From: Chrysomallon squamiferum
Lineage: Eukaryota; Animalia; Mollusca
Direction: 5' to 3'
Length of the DNA: 64,000 nucleotides
NCBI GenBank assembly: GCA_012295275.1
Contig: CM022678.1
Coordinates: forward strand, 10,602,001-10,666,000
Made by a program: the position numbers and the translations under genes
Notes under the pieces: generated by a model
Told to the model about the DNA's origin: nothing
What the model saw: the letters and a program-made list of their open reading frames with translations, nothing else
Database searches by the model: none
In this document: positions 14,231 through 27,627 of the stretch, piece by piece
How the letters are laid out: the number at the start of each line of letters is the position of its first letter
Numbering within the stretch: position 1 is the first letter of the stretch

Positions 14231-14779
14231 CTTATTGTAAAAGTTTGATTCTGTCATTGAATTTTCCACAGAATCCCTCATGTGTGACAGTAAACAGATT
14301 TTGAAAAATAATATTTCTGTTATTTATTAATATGTACCCAAGCGTTTCAAGAAAGGTGAAGCCTGTAGACTGTAATTGAATAAATTATTTATTGTGTTGA
14401 ATACAAGCTTCTTTCTCTTTGTTTCAAAATGTTTGGAAAATATATTAATCTGGATTATAATAAACATGAATAAAGAAAAAAAAAAAAGAAAGCAACTGCA
14501 GGTTTATGTCTGTTTAATATTTCAAATTCCAACACTGAAATGTCATTATGACATGAATGATGAATATTCATTGTTTGATTTTAATTTTTATGCTTAAGGA
14601 ACATAACATAATAAAATGGTGAGTGCAAGATTTTGAATCTGTTATTTTTTTTTATGTGTTTTTTAAGAATTAAATTCTTAGGATTAGGCAAGATATCTTT
14701 GACCCGATAAATGGCACAACAGCACCTACCCGTTTGAGAACACCACACACACACACACATCCATATTTCCACAATTCTC

Positions 14780-17440
14780 TTTAATTTGTCTTAAAACTGT
14801 GCATAACACTAATATTGCATTTTCTGTGTCTGGTTCTGCTCTAAGTTTCTCTAAAATGTTAAATATTTTGAAGTCTTTTTCTCAGTTGTTTCCAATGATG
14901 CATAAACAAAAATATATTTATGTTTGTTTCATCGTTTTATTTAAAAATAGTTGTCAGCTCAGTATAACAAAATAATTTAAAGAAACAAATAGTTTTTAAT
15001 ATTAATAAGCCAAACCATATTTAGGCTAATTTAGACTAAAGTTTCATAGAGACAGCTCAAATTAATTTTTTTTTTTTTTCCCCTGTAAGAAATAACAGAA
15101 AAACAAGAAGAATAATAAGTATTGGTAAAATAAGTATGAAGCTTTCAAATTAATAACAACAAATACAAACTTACTAACACTGATAACGAATGGTAATTTC
15201 AGATTTGATAAACATCTGTTCTGTTAGGTGAATGCATGTGACAGAAACACTTATTTGAAATTCAAATTAGCTGGAAATATTCCATTTTGTGGCATGTATA
15301 AAAAACCCAGTATAATCCATTGAATATTTATTTTAGAAGAATTACTAGCTGAAGGACTGCTGTGTAAAATCCTGTGAATTATGTTACTGCTTGTAGATGC
15401 TGGCAACTCCTGTTATTGTGTAGGTGTAGATTCTCATGGATGTTACAGTGCTGATTCAGTCTTTGTTTTAGTGAAATAAGATAATGTTAACTGGTGCAGG
15501 ATAATTTGGGCAGTCCTCACTGTCACCTCTAGACAGCTGACAGTAACAGAAATATGCAGGAAAACAAATTACTGTTGATTACATAATACATTCAGCACTG
15601 ACTAGAGAATTTCGAAATTCAACTATCACTGTAGCATTTGGATAATGTTTTTTTCCTAATTATGGACTGATGAAAATGTGAAAATTAATTTAAAACTGCT
15701 GATAGTGTATGAATACAATGCTGTTCATTTTAAAAAGTTTGACACATATGAGCAACTCTGTTTGCTAACTAATGCAGACTGTAATAGAACATGTTAAATA
15801 TTGAGTCAGTTTGTGTCTTTTTCTTCCTGACTACTGAACGCCACTGTCCTTGTTTTGTTTTTTTCTGAATTGGGTGTCTGGAAATCTCATTCTTCTTTCT
15901 AGCCTTTTCAAAAGATATCTGCGAAAAATAATTTAAAAAGTGCAATAAACAGAAATTGATGAAACAGAAAATATTTATCTACTTAACTCTTTATTTTTCA
16001 GCACTGTGTTTAATGTTTCCTAGTTTACATAATATTTACAACTTACATACTATTTAAAATTTACATAATATTTACAATTTGCAGATACAGTTCTCATCAC
16101 TTATCAAACAAAACTAGTATTTGACTTCAGCTGGTTTTTACTTAAGTTGTTTTCTAAGAATTTCTTACAAATATAAAATATCTACATCATAATAAAGGAT
16201 TAATATTACAAACTTAACTGATTTGTATGTTAATTGAACTGGATAAAAATTCCATTTTGTTGATGTCAGTTCTCTGGATCTCTCTCTCGTTCTGTTGACT
16301 TGTATGAGGTCCATACAACTCACTTGTCACTTCCATACAGTTCATTGAGATCACAGCGATTTCTTTCTTGTCAGTATATTCTACTACCATGTATATTTTT
16401 GACCTGTAGATTATAAATATCAGTTTGTAATCACCTTGGACAGCATAACAATGTATACAGATATGCTTATAATTTAGAGAAAAAGGGACAAAACAAAAAA
16501 ATAAACAATATAAGCATTGTGTTGTATTTGATTAATATTTAATTCACGGAAGATAAAAATTAATTTTGCATATTAATTAGCATATTTTTACTTGTGTCAT
16601 AACATTTAATTAATATTGGACTGTTCCATTCACCAACAATACATAAAAAAAAAAAAAATAATAAAAAACATTTTAAAAGTAAAATAAAATAAATTAAATC
16701 TAGGTTTTTGTAAGTTTGTTAAAAGAAAACAATACTTAATGATAAAAATATGATTATTACAATTCTCTTAGTGAATGTCACATTTTGAAACATGAACACT
16801 AAGGAGAATTTTCTATAGACAAGATGAAAAAATAAACCATCAAAAGTTAAATAAAGCAAAAACTTGTTTATAACAAGTCAATGAAATGATGAACAACAAC
16901 AACAACAAAGTGAACGTAATTAGAATAATTTTCTCAAATTACGTTTTGATTTCAGTAATTAATTCAGTGTTCCAAATATTAAAAAGAAAAATGTAATCTT
17001 GCATGACTGCTCAAAGTTTGATATGTCACCAGGAAACAAACAGAATGATATTTGTGTGGCAGCACTGGATAACCAGTCACATGGTGAAAATTATGAAAAC
17101 TCAGGTTTTGATGGAATAAGATAAACCACTTTCCAGTGATACGTGATGCATGGGGTGTGATGTCAGAGGCTTTAAGATGAATTTTGGCAAAACAAGTGCT
17201 TAATTTTAGCATAATTTCTTTAATTAATAGTTTGACAGGTCACACAAAAACACAAAAAACGAGTTTTATTGACTGATTTCAGCTAAAAACATGCATAGAC
17301 ATGAAAGTCGAGATGTTTTCAAAACTATTAATATTGATCATTTTTTTTACCTACTTATGCATTGGACTACATTAATAGGCTGTAACTCAAAATTACATTT
17401 CACGGCATCCGACTGGTTATTCTACGCCGCCATGTTTGTC
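14780..17440 (-). pseudogene. Spliced, frameshifted DUF4806-family-like gene (transposon-associated accessory protein type)
   Basis: Exon about 16217-16403 (ctacag| acceptor) reads across frameshifts as MVVEYTDKKEIAVISMN...VVWTSYKSTER...TKWNFYPVQLTYKS. The next exon (top about 15918) reads ISFEKARKK, and a segment at about 14800-14900 reads LETTE/DFKIF..LEKLRAEPDTENAILV. These resemble the recalled pattern VVEF..E..VVP..W...WP.YK....W..Y.V......YE.ARKK. A putative first exon has aacatggcgg (about 17427-17436) and a donor at 17350. Confidence 0.55.
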
Positions 17441-18549
17441 AGTGATGACGAATCAGCAAATGAGATTTACGTTTTACCAAAACAACATTTCTGTTTGTGA
17501 GGCAACATTACAAATTTACATTATAAGACATGACATATATGTGTAAACGTTCTAATTTACTCTCAGATTTGCCATGTGAAATATTCCTAAATCTGTTGAG
17601 TCAAACTATCTAAATGAATTGCTCAAATAGTAATTTACAATTTCACATCGATGTTGCTGACTAAGCCATGTTCTACCCATTTTAATGCAGCTGTCAACTT
17701 TTTTCAAAGGTAGATAAGAGCTGCAGTGAACTTCTCAGAACAGCAAATAATTTGAATGTTTCTTTTAGAAAGGACCATTTATTTTATTTGAGTTTATTTC
17801 ATTCTTTAATTTTATTATTTTATTTCATTTTATTTGATATTATTTCAGTCCTTCTTTCTATTTTTTTCTTTATTTTTATTATTAATCATTGCAGGCAAGT
17901 CACTAGAAGAAAATAGGAATAATAGTGGAGCAGTCAGTTAGAACAGGAAATGTGTTACTTTAGCAATTTGTTGCAACAGATGTCATGCCTTACCATCGCT
18001 GGTGAAATTTTGCCCATAATTGTTTTTGTTATATATAGACGAATTGTTTTTTTTTTTTACATAGAATTAGCATAATGGCAAAAATGTTTAAATTTTGTTA
18101 CATTCTACCATTACATACAACATTTTTTTGATAGATTTCTTAAATTTTATTTTATTTTTGTTATGCTTAACAAAGATATTAAATATAATTTCTGCACACT
18201 TACAAAACATTTTATTGATTTGATATGCAAAAAAGTATATCCAGAAAAGCTATTCCAGCTTTGCTCTAAATATATATATAGTTTCTATCATACATATATA
18301 CACATGCAGTAGGATGTGCATTAAGCTATCTGTCTGTATGTATGCGTGTATTAGATGCATGTCACATTAAAACAAATTTATCTACCTATCTATAGGTTTA
18401 TTGTCTTTATGTACATATTCATACACACATACACTCAGATACAAACACTGACTGTGTGAATGAATGTATTGGTTGTATTATATACTAACAGACACACACG
18501 TCTAGTTATCTGTATATATATATCTTCTTATTGGATTAAGTAAATCCAA

Positions 18550-18598
<49 letters not shown>

Positions 18599-18947
18599 AA
18601 AACACCTAGCATACAAACACAGCACACAAAGACACATCTACCTTGTTTCAATGTACTGGCTGTATATGTAAATCTGCACACAGACAGACACATATACGCA
18701 GAAGTCTTGAATGTATATTTACTCTCGTACAAGTAAACTGGGGTGAAGAAGTATGTTTATTGTCCAGTATATATTTATTTTTGCGTAATGGCTAGAGTCT
18801 TTGATTTTGATTTGATTTTCAGTAGCATGGGTGCAAATAAATTTTGAATAATTAAAATAAAAGTTGTTATTTTATAAAATGCACCCATGTTATTTTAACT
18901 GCAATAAATAATTCAAGCCAAAATGATACAATAATAGTGGTGAGTAG

Positions 18948-19147
18948 NNNNNNNNNNNNNNNNNNNNNNNNNNNNNNNNNNNNNNNNNNNNNNNNNNNNN
19001 NNNNNNNNNNNNNNNNNNNNNNNNNNNNNNNNNNNNNNNNNNNNNNNNNNNNNNNNNNNNNNNNNNNNNNNNNNNNNNNNNNNNNNNNNNNNNNNNNNNN
19101 NNNNNNNNNNNNNNNNNNNNNNNNNNNNNNNNNNNNNNNNNNNNNNN
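18948..19147. other. Assembly gap (200 N)
   Basis: Run of N of fixed length. Confidence 1.
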
Positions 19148-19703
19148 TGTAAAGCTCTTGAAGCAACAATACTGTCAGCAGGTGTAGTAATAGTAGTATT
19201 TATAGTAACAGTAGTAATAATAGTTGTAGTAGCTGTTGTTGTTTGTTCTATTTGTAAAATGTTATACAAGTTAACAGCAGTGAGAATGTTACAAAAATGT
19301 TGCAGTAGCTGTTATATTACAGGTAACAGTGGTTGTAATAAGTAAATATATAAATACCACACCCCACCCGTTATTTAAACAAACCCGGACCTGGAGGTTG
19401 TATTTCATGTTAAAGTCAGAAGATAAATGTGTATTGTTGATAAGTTATCTTTCTTATTTGACGTAAATAATTATCAGTTTACTAAATAAGGTGATGCATT
19501 GTAACTGAAATACCTCACCTGAGTTTTATCTCCATCACGAGATGGTCAAAGTTCTCTTCAAGCGGGTATATTAGATCACGTATCTGTCTTTGTCTCATAG
19601 AACTGAAAACTGGTTTCCACAGAAACACAGCCTCATTGTCATCTCTTTGTTAGAAAATATCCAACCTGGTAAGAACTCCATTTTGTTTTATAAAAATTGT
19701 ATT

Positions 19704-20777
<1,074 letters not shown>

Positions 20778-20780
20778 CTA

Positions 20781-21082
20781 TGTAACGATATAGACACGTA
20801 TTACAATATAAGAACCCCGATACGATATATCGATTCAGGAAAACTAAATTTCTCTTTTCAAAAAGAGATTAATATTCTTTTTATTCAGACAGGCAAAATA
20901 TATGAAACATTCCATTGTACATGAAATCGGTTAACTTTTTTTTTTCTAATTAATTTATTATATATAATTACAATGTGCAGAAAAATGGCCGCAAGCAAGA
21001 TGATAAATCACGATTTTGTGATCCTCCTGCAATTTACCGAGCGCCATTATGGCGACATTTCGGGTTTCCATTATGTTGTACC
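20781..21082 (+). mobile_element. hAT (Ac-like) DNA transposon 5' relic with start of a BED zinc-finger region
   Basis: Subterminal cgatacgatatatcgat motifs. 21020-21070 translates DPPAIYRAPLWRHFGFP, like the S.VW.HFGF start of BED fingers. A possible opposite-end remnant caatatatcagccag lies at about 21735-21749. Confidence 0.5.
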
Positions 21083-21428
21083 CTAAAGCTGTATCCTAAG
21101 CAGACGCGATCGTAGCGACAAGTATCACTTTTAAAACTAAAATGTTCTATCATCAAAATGTAAAGCTACCTTCCTCTCACCCTGAAGCTCAGACATGTAT
21201 GTTATTAATAAAACACACACACATTATTTATTAGGTAAACCTAGAGTTTTTCCAGTATTCTTCCAGGCATTTTATTTTTTCTGTTCTTATCCTTGTACGT
21301 TGACAAAGATACAATCATAAAGTACTGGTAACTTCTGCACGAGATGGATGAGTTGTTCATCTTCCATTTTTATGTATTGGGAAATAATCTTGTTTGTGAT
21401 TGGTTAATATATTTCAGATGCTCGTGTA

Positions 21429-21514
21429 GCGCGACAAGAAATAGAAACAATTGCTATCGGTATTGTGTCGCGCGACAAGAAATAGAAACAATTGCTATCG
21501 GTATTGTGTCGCGC
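21429..21514. repeat. 41-bp tandem duplication in a CpG-rich patch
   Basis: gcgcgacaagaaatagaaacaattgctatcggtattgtgtc occurs twice. Confidence 0.9.
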
Positions 21515-21769
21515 GCTCGACTAGCTCAAACTGTCGCGTCGCACGCGCCCGATTAGGATACACCATTATGCAAGCACTGAGCAGTAAATCTGAACTGAAC
21601 TTTATTTACACTCACGCCGCAATCTACGACATTATGAACAGGCATAATTTAATATAACTGTAACAAGTATAACAACTATGCAAGATCGTGGATTTACAAT
21701 GATGTACGTAAGAATATAATATATACAATATATCAATATATCAGCCAGAGGATTTAAAACATTTCATAA

Positions 21770-22800
21770 TTAGATTACAGAAGATAGAAAGTTTTCTAAT
21801 GACACCAGCTTTGATGGAGTTGAATCATTTATAAAACGTATAAATGCTTGGTTTAGATTGAGAGAGTTAACGGTTCCTTTCGTTCTTAAAAACAACAACA
21901 TTCGTGTAAATACATAATGCAATTCATCTCCGATATCATAGTTATTACACAATGGACATATTCTCTTTTCTAATGGTTTATTTTTCAGTAGTATGATTAT
22001 GATTTGAAAGTCTGAACCGTGACAATGGGCACCAGTATTTTCTCTCTGTAAGGTTGAAATATGTCGTGAATGTGACAGCATTTTGAAATAGTTTATCATT
22101 TGAAGCTTTGGGCAAGATATCAATGACATAGTATCAGTATTGTAAATAGTGATCTATAAGCCTTGTGTTAATACCTGATTTTAATATGGAAGCACTAGAA
22201 ATACCATTAGACTGCGATATCCACACGAGTACAGCGAACATCATCGAGACTAGACTTACCATGTAATATTTATTTATATATATTAAAATGTTATTGTTAA
22301 CGTCATTCAGTAAGAGTCTGTAAATAACAAATTTTGAAATCCCCAAATGTTACTACCATATAGAAGAACTGGTAAAACCATGAAGTCAAATAATTTTAGT
22401 GGTTGCAAACATTATATCTTCCTTGTCGAAGAATGAACTACATAGCCTTCTGTGCTTGTGAGTACAACATGTTTTAGTTCAATTTGTGAAAAATAATAAC
22501 GAGATATTTCTAATTTTCTATAGTATCAAGTTTTGATTTTCCAAGAAAAAAAAAACACTTTCTTGTAGTCTATGTGGTTGCTATTATAAAAATTAAGACT
22601 TTCAGGTTTTTTGTTGTTTTGTTTTCTTACTGTTTACTGCATAAATATTTTCCATGAATATCTATCTTCTTTTTTTCCGATGTTATGTTTTAGTGAACAA
22701 AATATTAAATTACAAAATTCCCTGATTTTTTTTCCATGACTAATCGCAGTCTTTCCATATATGAAGTGTTAGGTTTTAGATAATCTAGTAGCACTGACGA
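21770..22800 (-). mobile_element. Decayed non-LTR retrotransposon (LINE) ORF2 3' part with C-terminal zinc knuckle; clade not determined
   Basis: Minus-strand fragments LGKSKLDTIEN*KYLVIIF, QAQKAM*FILRQGRY, KLFDFMVLPVLLYGSNIWGFQN, PLSRFRLSNHN and RICPLCNNYDIGDELHYVF, interrupted by stops, frameshifts and internal deletions. Confidence 0.85.
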
Positions 22801-23088
22801 ATAACGATTTTGTATATCAAGTAATAACACATCTTTTCCTGTGTCTGTTGCCCCTGAATTAAGGCGTTTATAGCGTTATTTTAAAAACAATTCCGAACGA
22901 ATTATAGAACCTATAGAAAAATAAAACTGTATTATCTTGCTCGTTAAATACTGTCATCATTTTTAGTTTTCATTGTTTAGTTTATTATAAGTTTCGAGAT
23001 CTTTAGTGACTACATTTTGAGCGATTCATATATAGAGATTGTCAGTTTGAGCGACTGTATTCTTTTAGTGTTTGGGAATTAGGGATTT

Positions 23089-23099
23089 AAAGCGAAAGT
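23089..23099 (+). promoter_or_regulatory. IRF-E/ISRE-like element upstream of the TRIM-like gene
   Basis: AAAGCGAAAGT fits the IRF-E core AAA(G/C)(T/C)GAAA(G/C)(T/C); about 0.5 kb upstream of the putative non-coding exon. Confidence 0.3.
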
Positions 23100-23579
23100 A
23101 TTGTGGAAACTTTTAGAAGAAATTAGTTAAAATACATTAATTTAGAAAATTGAGCACGAATTCAAAATGCTCCATATTTAAATATGAACAAATTTAAATA
23201 AAATATATTATTTTATCATCTTCTTATCACCTTTCAAACTAAAAGTCCTTAACGGTACACGACTTAACCTACCAATCATTGAAATAACTTCACCTATTAT
23301 GTAGTCGCTCACAAGTTTAAACACGATACAATTTTGGCAGTTAAATATATTTTCTTTCTCCGTCCAACTACAAGGCAGTTGCTATCTACATTATTATTTT
23401 CTAAATTAATTGAGGGCACAAACTATGTTAAGGTAGTTATTACTTTTCCAGCAGTTTACTTTATCAGAAGAATACAAAATTTCACGATTATTTTTTAACA
23501 AAAGAAACAATTTTTTTTAGAAAACTTCGAATCTTTTACCCCTTTTCTACATGAAATGGTATCTTCCGCTCAGTAAGTG

Positions 23580-23685
23580 TCGTCTGTAAAAACCGGGCTT
23601 CAATACTGCAAGAGTAAATTGTCATTGCAGACGAACAAGCGGAGAAAAAATTTCAGATCTTAAAATTTTCATTTCAGAAGACTAA
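23580..23685 (+). other. Putative non-coding first exon of the TRIM-like gene; start approximate
   Basis: Consensus donor gtaagt at 23686. The coding exon begins with an acceptor (ttcacag|) 2 nt before its ATG, which implies an upstream exon. Confidence 0.45.
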
Positions 23686-23708
23686 GTAAGTCAAATTTAT
23701 TATTATTG

Positions 23709-23804
<96 letters not shown>

Positions 23805-24324
23805 GTGTTCTAAGATATTTTAAAGTATCATTTTCAAAGTCAATTACACGATTACTTTATCGTGCGTGATATGCGATTATCAAGAAAAGTGGCTCGTCAC
23901 ACTGCGAGAAACGATTAACTTGCAGCATTCATGGATACTCACATATGTTGAGTTTGTTGGGTTTTTTTGTGATTTTTTCTTTGCTTCATACAATTTATTA
24001 CAGCCGACTTCGTTTATTATATTAGTATTGTCGCCCGCAATTTACAACAGACTCTAATTAAGGGTTACGTCACAAGGTTAAATTTAGCAAGTTCGTAATG
24101 AACTTTTATTTTACAAATAAGACTAAATAAATAAATAAACAGGTTTTTTTAGTGTATTTATAATATGACATTTATTTGTATATACCATTGGTCGTATGAA
24201 TAAAGTGGAATTAATATGTAATTTTTACCGCCAGTCAGTTGTTTTCAATTATTATTATTATTATTACTTAGTTACATTTTCCTTTCTCTGTATTGTCTCT
24301 TAGTCTTCCCTGTTGTTGTTGTTA

Positions 24325-24358
<34 letters not shown>

Positions 24359-24363
24359 CAGAT

Positions 24364-24652
24364 ATGGCAACAGCTTCAAACTCCGATGATAACTTATCAT
24401 GCTGTCTATGCATGGACATTTTCGACAAGCCACGAGTTCTTTCTTGTGGACATTCGTTTTGTTCGAAATGCCTGCAGGACTTTTTCAGTCACAATTACAA
24501 CAACGACAACGATACAGAAATAAGCTGCCCGTTCTGCAGGCAGAATGTCCACATCCCAGACAGCACGAAACCAGTGTACACGTGGGCAGCTCAGTTTCCT
24601 ATTAACAAGTCACTGGTCGACGCCATTAATGATCGGCTACAATCAAAGTTTT
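24364..24652 (+). CDS. TRIM-like E3 ubiquitin ligase, coding exon 1 (C3HC4 RING finger)
   Basis: MATASNSDDNLSCCLCMDIFDKPRVLSCGHSFCSKCLQDF...ISCPFCRQ...WAAQFPINKSL; donor gtgagt at 24653 (phase 1). Confidence 0.93.
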
Positions 24653-24893
24653 GTGAGTCAGCAGTGTTTAGGTCTATTACAATAAAACAATTAAAACAGA
24701 TACAGTGATTATTTAACTAAAAATTATTTAAGTCGTGTATTAGCCATCGCAGCATAAAGAAATAGAGGACATTTTATCAATAACATTTTTCTACCCAGAT
24801 TTTACATTGAGTTGATAAAATAAATTCTCTAACTCTTCTCATTGTACGCATATCTTTGTTAATAGCATTAGAACTAAATTTCTTCTTTTTCTT

Positions 24894-25004
<111 letters not shown>

Positions 25005-25044
25005 CAATTATTTACTCATTTATTTATTTATTTATTTATTTCAG

Positions 25045-26618
25045 CTAAAAAGGGAGGTCACATTTCAGTTCTGAGTTCTGTTTCCGAGAGTCTCAAATCC
25101 TACAAAGAAATTCTTCAGACAGAGATGGATAATAAGATTGAGGAACTTCGTCAAGCCGTCGACATCAACGTCGTGGACACCACAGAAGAGGTCAGAAGGA
25201 TTGGTAACACACTAATCACAGATTTCACAGCCGCAGTCCACAAAGAACAAGATAGGTTAATAAGAGAAATAGAAAAATCTCAGAACTTTTTAACCTCAGA
25301 AATAGACAAATTGTTTAGTGAACATAAACATCTGATTGATGAAAATGAAAAGTTTATAAAACTTGGTGAGGGTTTGTTAAAAGAAATATCAGAGTCAGAC
25401 ATAAAAACAAATCTTCCAAAATTCACCAAACTTCAAAACACAACTTCCGAGTTTCTGTCAAAATCTCTTTCACGAATAGAAAAAACAGAATTCAAAATAA
25501 ATCTCAGAGAATCTCACACAAACAAAGAAATTTCTGTGCACATTGGAGAAATAATCACAAACATCCAAACAGACACACAGATAAACAGAGTGACCGACAC
25601 ACTCAAACAAACAGACACCATTAACACAGAAACACAAAACACAGACACACAGATAGACAAACAGACAGACACACTGAAACACACAGACACCATTAACACA
25701 AAAACACAATATGCAGACACACAGATAGACAAACAGACAGACATACTCAAACAGACAGACACCATTAGCACAGAAACACAACACACAGACTCACAGATAG
25801 ACATAGAGACAGACACACTCAAACACACAGGCACCATTTACACACAAACACAAGAAGATAAAACAAATCCTGGTGTATCTTCCATGCTGGTGATAGGTGA
25901 GGACAAGAGTAAAATTGTTATTAGTGATTGGAGAAATAGCTGTGTAAAATGTTTTTGTTTAGAAAGAAAATCACTGATAAACAAACACGTAACTTTCACT
26001 GGTCCATGCGGTCTTGCTGAGTCACGTGGTCAGCAGGGTGATGTTGTTGTTTTCGTTGTTCTGCAACATGAAAATAAAATATTGTTTTTAAATTTGGAAA
26101 ACTTCAAACTGATAAAAACAATTACAACTCATAAAAGGTATTACTATGTCGCTGTGTTACCTGGCAACCGTCTCGCTGTCACTGGTGAGTGGTTGTCTAA
26201 TCAGTGCTTGGATATACTGACAGACAGTGGTCAGCTCATTAATTCTATCTCAACAGATTTGATCCCCAGTCCGAGGTGTCTCACAGTTCACGATCAATGT
26301 CTGATTGTTGTGTCACAGAGAGAAAATGTAGACAGTTTATTTTGTGTGACGTCGTCAGGTGACGTCAAATGGAAGTCACGTGATTCAGAAAAACTGAGCG
26401 ACTTGAGAGGTGTTACATGTGATAGGGAGGGAAATATTTTTGTTTGTAGTTGGAATAGAAATTGTGTTGTTCAGTTGTCACGAGATGGTAACATTATACG
26501 TGACATCCTCACTGACCAGGATGGACTGGTCTTACCTTGGTGTGTCTGTTGTGATGACAACAAACTCTACGTGGAAACTAAGAGTAAAATAAGAATATTT
26601 ACTTGGTGTAAAAAGTAA
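25045..26618 (+). CDS. TRIM-like E3 ligase, coding exon 2 (coiled coil, 24-aa repeats, NHL-like beta-propeller); spliced product 620 aa
   Basis: tttcag| acceptor at 25044 joins in frame (phase 1) to the 497-aa ORF. NHL-like blades: IVISDWRNSCVKCF, GPCGLA, PSPRCLTV, LRGVTCDREGNIFVCSWNRNCVVQLSRDG, PWCVCC. AATAAA at 27065. Confidence 0.92.
25569..25856 (+). repeat. In-frame coding tandem repeat, 4 x 72 bp (24 aa)
   Basis: Units start at 25569, 25641, 25713 and 25785; consensus TDTQIDKQTDTLK(Q/H)TDTINTETQ. Confidence 0.95.
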
Positions 26619-26890
26619 ACTTCAAACTGCTAACTTAGTTTCACTGAACTGTTTTGAAGGTGAAAGTACACAGACATATCTTTCTGTGAAATAAACAGAA
26701 AATCAGTTATTTATTTAGTGTAGTTAATTAATTTAGTTAATTTGTTTACTTTCTTTATTTTTATTTTTAAATATATTATTTATTTATTATGAATTATTTT
26801 ATCGTTTAACCTTGCTAAATTACAAAATAGATTTCATTTTAAAACATATTCTGATTTACTTTTGAAATTTTCACCAAGTTTTGTCATTTT

Positions 26891-26966
<76 letters not shown>

Positions 26967-27339
26967 ACATCTAAACTATTCTATTATTTTGTAAAGTAGT
27001 TCATTTCAAAGAACGTCGTTTTTAAAAAATCTGTATATACCACAATGTAATCAGAGAAAAGTGCAATAAAATATTTATATGATGATAAACAAAATTGTTC
27101 TGTCTTTATTTCATTTAAAGTTTAAATCTATTTTACATTGTTTCGTGATCTCTTTGTATAGCTACTATATATTTACCTAACTGTAAGTATGTCTGTATGT
27201 TTGTCTGTCTGTATAATATAATTAATGTGTTGAACAAAGTAGTTCACTGTTGAGATTTATTATACATTTATTATTAACAGCTAATATAAATTATTGTTTT
27301 GGAGATCCCTAGAATTTTCAACTTGTGAAAAAGCTCTGT

Positions 27340-27410
27340 GGCACTTTCCCCGAGGGTCGGGAGAAATGTTTCAACACGTCGGCCCACGTGTGGCAAAAAA
27401 GTTTCCAACT
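27340..27410. mobile_element. Possible hAT/Charlie-like terminal remnant
   Basis: cggcccacgtgtggcaaaaaagtttccaac resembles recalled hAT MITE ends; no partner end found. Confidence 0.25.
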
Positions 27411-27468
27411 TTTACATTTTTATTCTGCTTGACATATTTTATATATTTCTCTCTTAGACATAAAGTTA

Positions 27469-27627
27469 ACTTTAATTTCTTAGTTATTTATTTTTTTAAT
27501 CCAAAGAAAGAAATAAACAAATAAAAGGAAAGAAGAAAAAAGACACACTTTAATTTCTTAGTTATTTATTTTTTTAATCCAAAGAAAGAAATAAACAAAT
27601 AAAAGGAAAGAAGAAAAAACACACACA
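27469..27627. repeat. ~78-bp tandem duplication
   Basis: ctttaatttcttagttatttatttttttaatccaaagaaagaaataaacaaataaaaggaaagaagaaaaaa occurs twice. Confidence 0.9.

Noticed and set aside
18867-19269. ORFs spanning the N run, and any inference from PRL-TRIM adjacency
   Set aside because: Artefacts of the 200-N gap; true distance and contiguity across it are not shown by sequence.
24313-24363. Poly-Leu signal peptide on the RING ORF
   Set aside because: It is an intronic (TTA)n tract before the acceptor at 24361; the ATG is at 24364.
25470-25837. Antisense Cys/Val-rich ORFs overlapping the TRIM-like gene
   Set aside because: Shadow frames of the CA-rich 72-bp coding repeat.
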